A DNA stretch of 54,718 nucleotides, filler included, from Sphacelaria rigidula (Eukaryota), in NCBI GenBank assembly GCA_964200075.2. It is 4 parts of 4 records of this genome, joined end to end, with 100 filler letters (N's around TTAATTAATTAA, not from the genome) between each part and the next. Parts side by side here need not be neighbours in the genome. Positions count along the whole stretch, not along the records: positions 41,115 to 54,718 come from CAXNAA020002771.1; 3 more parts are not named here. One strand, written 5' to 3'. The notes beneath the pieces are model-generated. The model made no database searches, was not told the DNA's origin, and saw only the letters and a list, made by a program, of their open reading frames with translations. Made by a program: the position numbers and the translations under genes. Below are positions 48,141 through 54,718 of this stretch, piece after piece. How positions within the stretch are numbered: the first letter of the stretch is position 1; each line of letters begins with the position of its first letter.

Positions 48141-51100
48141 CTACCTCACCTACGGTGCCTGTAGAAACAACCATGATTCCGAATCCCCCTATAAAGCTCG
48201 TCCGTTCAGCGTCCCACAAAGAGTACAAGGGTGGGGTTGGTTGACTACGTCGTAAGGTGAAGGACCTTCTCGGGAAATTCATCATTTCTCTAACTTTACC
48301 TGTGACCCTGAACCCTCACCCCAACAAAGGCATACCGAGAACCCTCGGGCACGAGGGGTGCAAAGTGCTCCCTAGGAACGTGCGCGTTGCCACACCTCAA
48401 ATCGGCGCCGCATGGGCCGATTACGGTAACAGCGCCTTCTGCGCAAGCTGTGAATGGGAGCACAGTACCCATTGAAGATCCGAGTTCCGGTGTCTAGGCT
48501 ACAATGAAGTGGGCCAACTTCAACCCACCAAATGGTGAACACGAACTCACCAAAAGATCAACACTGTTGGTGGGGGTATAACGGATAACCTGGGGTATAA
48601 CTGATAACCCGTTGAACGCCCGGACCCCTAGTTGGACGCTGAGACAGCTCCTACGTGGGTGGGAATAACTGCTGCTGTTCGTTGACAGCTCCCAAACGAA
48701 TAGGGCCGATGTCGCGCAACCGCCGAGCGTTAGAGATGATATTCGGTCATGTATCGCAGACGGCGGCATTACCGTCCCAGGACGGTCGGTAAATTTTAGA
48801 AAGCAAAATACAGACGGCATTTACTGTGGTCATGATGGGTCCATCGGTAGCAGTACGCGCATGCAGGCGGCACAATCAGCTTTTGCCGTTGAACAACTGA
48901 ACGGAGTGACGGAAGTGGTGGAGGTGCGAGCAGATGCGCTTGGATGATGTTCCGATCCCCTCTTGAGGTTTGAGAAAACATGTCCCAAATCCCCAAAGTC
49001 AAACTGACCAGGAAGAGCATGAAAAACTGTCACTTACACCGGTAACGCGCATGGATCCGCAGCGGTGAGCTTGTCCTCATCACTAACCCGTGCTGCCAAA
49101 GCGGGAGCTGGTAACCTTGACGATCGGGGGAAGGAAACCGACCTCGGTCGGCTTCTACTGTATATCGTGTTCAAATATCTACCGGAGGCAAGAGTATTCC
49201 TCAGCCCCGCCCTGCAATCCTGTTGAAAAACAGAATATTTGTCGACTCGTTTTGGCGCGAAAGTGCCCAAAGCGTTCCACCAGTTCAGCTTCCCATGCCA
49301 CTACGTCGTTTTCACAATCAACCTACCCGGACCCCCGATGAAATAGAACCATGAACGTTCGGGCAAAAGGGAGTTCATTCTGCAGGAAGTTGCAGTGGCA
49401 AGGAAAGTGCTGCTGTCCGCAGGGGGGGCTACTCGGAGCCAAACGCAAATCGCTTTACACGAAAAACCCGTATCCGTGGAATATGTGTATACGGTGTATC
49501 AATATCAAGAATATACTTCTGCTTCAGTAATCATGTGAGTCGGCTTGTTCGACGGTCATCCTCCAAAACTGGCGGGACTGCCGAGAGCCAGTGCACCGGA
49601 ACAGGAGGCCGCCGGTGCCCGACGGGTAAATCGCGATGGCTATCAGTGGCGCTCGTTGGAGTCCTGTTACTGTAAATTGTTGATAAATTGTTCGGATTCT
49701 CCAATGAGATAATTAGCTCTGCACCCTCCCCTTGTCAACACCGGACATACCCACCAACGGTCAAATGAGCTGGAATGGCGGTACCTTGACCTCGACAGGA
49801 TGTGACAGACAACCTTGCAGTCATTCTCGCCGTGGCGGGGACTCGGAGCTCATGGCCAGAAGCTTGACCCTGCTCTACACCGCAGATCCGGAGCTTCGCA
49901 CCGTTCAGTTTGACTGGCTATCTCCGCCTCTGTAGTACCGGATGATGTAGTGCACAAAATAAATTTGGTGATGTTACTGTTATCGTTGTGTTGCCTGCGC
50001 GTAAAAAAAGTAATAGAGCGCTGGAACCCTGATTTCCATACATTTGACTTCAAGATGCTAACCTGTGTTGATCATGTATTCGTGCCTCCACCTCCTCGCC
50101 TCCAAGAGCGGAGGCTTTTTGCATGAAATGTTAGCATGTGTGAGCCCCACGCAAGAGCAGTGGAACTCCAAGCCTCGACCAGTGCCGGCGAAGTAACAAG
50201 CACCGCTAGTGTTGTGGATATCGGAATGGTCAGTACACGATAGCATACAGTTGCGCGTGGCCTGCATCACAGCAGATACAGTAGTTCATACGCAATCCTC
50301 ATGATTTGTCTGTGCAGAACAGGCGAAAATGTATATATGCCGAGAAAACTGTGGAAGAACACATCACTGCCGAATAGAATATATAAAAGCGGAACTATGG
50401 AGAGATGGGATGTGGTTTGAAAACGCACAGCCTCTTGCACGGCCTACGGAAAGCAGATCACGCATTGTGCCCCGCGAGCTGGGACGCTTACAAGCTATTT
50501 TGCCGAAAAACAGAAAGCTCTCCCATTGTTTCATGGTCACCTGGGCCTGTAGGCTATTGTTCACAGATTTTCCTCACTATAAATGTGTTACCGTACACTT
50601 CATCAATCCAGGCATATCAAAACTATCTCATATCCCATATCATTCCGAAAACGTCGTTGACGAAACGTATCACATGATGTATGTATGCCCTGGAATACAT
50701 CTTTACAGTCCTGTCTTCTGGTGACATTGTGAATTGACACATTTTCTTCATTATGAGAGACGTTCAGGGAAAAGCTTGATAAACGTTTCTACTCATGTAT
50801 TCGCCACTCGATCACCGTCATGGTGTCCAACCCCAGGGCGGATACATGTTCAAAACATTTTACACTCATCACATTGATTGATAGGTACATCAATAGCATA
50901 GAATTTCAACCAGCGTACGTTGTCTTATGCTCGCGAGGTCCTGTGCCTCCCGGCGATGCGTTCAACATCGAGCAGTTGTTCAAGTACTCGATGTGCAGTT
51001 TTACAGATTACACATGAAAGTTCAGTACCCCTCTCAATTGTGCTGAGGGTACTTCGCTCTGTGCAGTGTTGTGCTTTATACAGTAGCCTGAGTCGCAAGT

Positions 51101-53904
51101 AGAATCAAGATAGCGTACAAGTTTGCCGACGGCTTCACTGTAGCCTCTTCAGATACCAGACGGTGCCCATCCCTCCTCAACCTGGCATACCCGAGCTGCC
51201 ACAATCGCGCGCTTACCCTGTCCATGCGGGAATATAGATTTTGTATCTACACGACAGTTATAAACGTGGCTGTTGTGCTAGATACTGTACTATGTACATG
51301 CGACAGCAATTATACGGCACATGCAGGCGTGAGTAATACTTGGACTTTCATCACAGTCGAGAGTTATTCGCCCCCCGCGGACTGTGAGCTGCATCTACCA
51401 GCATCTACCCTGGGGAAGCCGCTACTTCCATGCATAGTCAAGCTTCCGTTGAATGCTGTTCACGCGATGCTGGGCGGGAACCACCCTAATGGCCTGACTG
51501 ACTACCCACGAACGGTTGTTGTAGATATAAAATATAGAATCCTGTGGGAGACATATATACAGAGAGGATCGGGTCCAGACCCTGGTAAAACCATTTCTTG
51601 GATAAGAACGAAACTGTATCTGCGCTGTCGCCTGACGATCATCGCTCACCTACAAAGCCAGGTCTTGAAGGCGTCTTGATGCGTGATTGATGATCGCAGT
51701 GACGGGCGATTAGCTACCCCTCTCCCGCACTTTGGCGCAGCGTTGGCCAGATGGTTTTGTGAGAACACGAGAGCCGCGAGTTTAAAAAAAAATGTTTCCG
51801 GGCAACAGGTAGCAAAAAAACCCTGTGTCCGTTTTCCCTAAAGAATCGGTCCGCACAAGGAAGAAATGTTGGCCAGTAGCTTCGAGCGGGTCCGGTTGAA
51901 AAGAAAAAAGATTATCCGTCTCTGAGCAGAGCTTGTGGTGCCATTCCCGTCAGTGAACACGGCAGCCTCCTCCTAGATAGATTTGTAAGCAGTTCAGACA
52001 CGAATGAATCGGCTTGCAACCCTGAGTAAGACACGTGTCCATACACTCACCCACGTGAGAGTTTCTTTGATGCGAAAAACGGTTGAAACAGATGGATTAC
52101 ACCTGCATGTATCTGAGCATGCAAACTGCAGCCCCTTGGATGTATTGGGTGGAGGCGTTCGTTCTAAAACTGTCAGACGGGCGGGTGTAGGCAAGATACG
52201 TTTAAACATTTCCTTGTACATTGACCTGCTTTCGTGCCCCCTCACTTTCGATATACGCATTCACACGCTCCTTTGATACACAGGGTGATGGGTTCGATGG
52301 GGGGAAATGTTGTATCCGCGATGCCGTGCATTACCTCCCTGTTGATATGCGCTTCCTTCTGCACTTTGGAGTATGTTTGCCCGTTGACAGCTCATAATTT
52401 ATTACAAACCATTGATGACGTTCCGAGGACGTCATTTATTGTGCATATGAACGTGGATACATCGAGGATAAAGCCGAAAGTCGACTTGCACGATTCCACA
52501 TTCCAAGCTGAACAATGATCGATGAAGGTTCCGTGGATAAGGATGTAGGTGATGTGCATTGTGCGTACCGCCTATCAATGGTGAATAGGCCGCCCGCACT
52601 TTAGCGCTCTTCGTCCCCAGCAGATTTTTTGGTCACGTCGTCGTGCGCGGTTGGTTCGGCCACAATCAGTGCTGGATTTCCGCTTGTTGTGTTGGACTTT
52701 CAATCTCCTGTGACTACGGGTCTTCTCGGAAAATGACACGAAAGTATAGTTGTAAGAAACGCAACAAATATTCCTGTTACCTTCTCCAGCTTCAGCTTAG
52801 TTTCGCCCTACGGAAGTCGAGGAGCGACAGCACATCCTGCATTCTATTACACACGGTTTACCACAACGAGAAATTCTTGAAGGTGTGTAAATTTCTATCA
52901 CTCGTAGGTACTTCGAAGCACCGTCATCACTTTTCGTAAATGACAAGTCAAAAGGTTGGCCGTGCGGCCGAACAGCTCCGTCCAGACGTGGAGCACGGCT
53001 TACAACACCCCCCCCCCCCCCCCCCCGAACACTTCCTGTGATGGGTTTCACATTGTTTTTCTTAGCGCATGAGACCTTTCACTGCCGAGGGAGACTTCTT
53101 GGTCATAATTTCTTCAAATGTATGTCACCCGGTGCATCTCTCGGTGTCACTGCTGCAGTGTTCGAGTCAAATAGCTTCTGAAACATCTCCAGCTCGGGGG
53201 TGTTAAAGACCGTACCCTCTGTTCTAAATATAATACAGTAGTTGAAAGCAGTCAGTGCGAACAAACGAGCAGCATTCAGCATTCACAAGATTCATTGGAT
53301 TGTCCCGGCCAAAGAGATCGGGAACAATGGTACTCTTATACCCGTCGGTTTTGGTAAAGGGCAATGTAACAGGTATGAATCAGGGCAAAAAAGTTGCTTG
53401 GTTTTACTTCGACACCCAGTCCTGACGAAGCGGTATTCGTCGTATAATAGTACAAAAGTTAAGTACCGTCCGTACATACAGTACAGCAGCATCAGTACTA
53501 GTTCGTTCGCTTATACTTCGACTATACAAATCGTACAAGATACATCACCAATGTAACGTAGCCGGTGAAAACTGCAAGTTGCACTGCAATGTATAGTGAC
53601 GGTGCGACACACCAGTACGATATACTTTCTGCGACCTCCCGTGATGCTCGAGCCGTCGACATGGTGTCAGTTCCTCTCTGTTTAATGTACGAGCTGGTGA
53701 TGTATACTGCTCCGAGCGAGCGAAGCACTCGCAGTGCATACGGCTGTCTCAACTTTCGCTGACTGTATCTTATCTTTGTTGTTCTGTCGTGGTAACAGCT
53801 CCACAGGGACCAACACCTCGGACTTCGCTCTGCTATGTGAGCGCCCGCCTTGATGTTAAGAGGCACCCCGGAGCAGTCACGACTTGTGCAACGGGGAAAG
53901 CATC

Positions 53905-54636
53905 ATGTCTACCGCTGCCCTCCCGAGGGCAGCTCCACCGCGTACGAATAGATCCTCCTCGTTATCGCTACGATTACTACTACTGGTGAGTGCCACCTTC
54001 ACCTGGTTCGCTAGGGCGGGCGACCCAGCGTCTTCCCCATCCTCAGTGGCACCGTCGACCGTTTCATGGCCAGAGGAGCGACAACGAGAACAACAACAAC
54101 AACACGATGAGACTATCGTGGAAAACTGCCGTAGTTCAGCTACAACTTCCACGACGAATACGACTCAAACATTGGTGGTGTTTGTTCGCGCGGTGCAGCA
54201 GCCCTCCACCAAAACGGCGGCAGCTGCCACCGCCGCCGCGGCGGGTGATGGCGGTGGCAGCGAGAATGGTAGTGCGAGTGGCGGGGATGGATTCCTCAGG
54301 TCGGCCGCTTTTGATGGTGGCCATTCCACCCACTATCAGTTTGGGGAGGGCAATGATGGTGTGCTCGAATTGGCGGAACGACTGAAGAATGACGGAAAGG
54401 TTGGAGAGGATGGGGACTGGCCTGCTTTGAAGCCGTCCGCCTCAGCGTGTGGGGTATCTGAGGAAACGGCGTGCCCTGATATCCGATCGTGAGTTTGTGC
54501 GGCTGCCGCGTGAAGGGGGGGGCAGGGTTCTTCGTTTTTGCCTTCGGTACGCACAGTGTCCTGTATAACGACGTCGTGTTGTTCCTCCGTGCAGCCTATT
54601 GACGGGTTTCATCACCAATGATCCTGCGTCGTGTAG
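53905..54636 (+). CDS. 5' part of a gene for a putative secreted or membrane protein; exons 53905-54488 and 54595-54636
   Basis: ATG in a CATCATG context; basic then hydrophobic LSLRLLLLVSATFTWFARA with an A-x-A cleavage-like site; low-complexity Q/T/A/G tracts; GTGAGT donor; a phase-2 compatible next exon (SLLTGFITNDPASC) with a GTAAGA donor. Confidence 0.7.
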
Positions 54637-54718
54637 GTAAGAGTAGCCTGAGGACCGACGCCCGGATGGGTAGGGTGACTCGTGTACAGAGTCGAGCTAG
54701 GGGACACTGTAGGAGGTT

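Noticed and set aside
47574..48285. Tyr/Pro/Arg-rich repeat-protein ORFs
   Set aside because: They are translations of the ~80-bp tandem element.
49034..49935. Minus-strand exons with GTAAGT/GTATGT donors
   Set aside because: No phase-consistent or recognisable peptide could be assembled; they may still be real.

Overview
Eukaryotic, intron-rich DNA (GT-AG introns of roughly 0.1-3 kb, short exons, MITE-rich introns). The style suggests a brown alga or other photosynthetic stramenopile, which is inference only. The window is not one locus. It is four near-equal pieces (13605, 13605, 13604 and 13604 nt) joined by identical 100-nt N44-TTAATTAATTAA-N44 linkers, probably length-sorted contigs. 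Piece A (1-13605) holds a spliced gene for an uncharacterised protein with a split CxxC...CxxC motif (+) and the 3' exon of METTL26/DUF938 (-). Piece B (13706-27310) holds a 9-exon, 5'-truncated LMF1 (+) and weak exons of an unknown gene (-). Piece C (27411-41014) holds the central part of a senataxin/Sen1-like SF1B helicase (-), which seems to carry a TFIIS N-terminal (TND)-like insert and a GC-AG intron. Piece D (41115-54718) holds an orphan exon, repeats and the start of a signal-peptide protein (+). Introns contain Stowaway-like MITEs, two long foldback elements, a short-motif array and variable-copy ~80-bp tandem elements. I found no CRISPR array, rRNA, intact tRNA or intact transposase, and no convincing new multi-gene system. 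The best novelty candidates are the TND-like insert in the helicase, the split zinc-finger protein and the foldback elements. Exon models were assembled by hand from splice sites and phase continuity.
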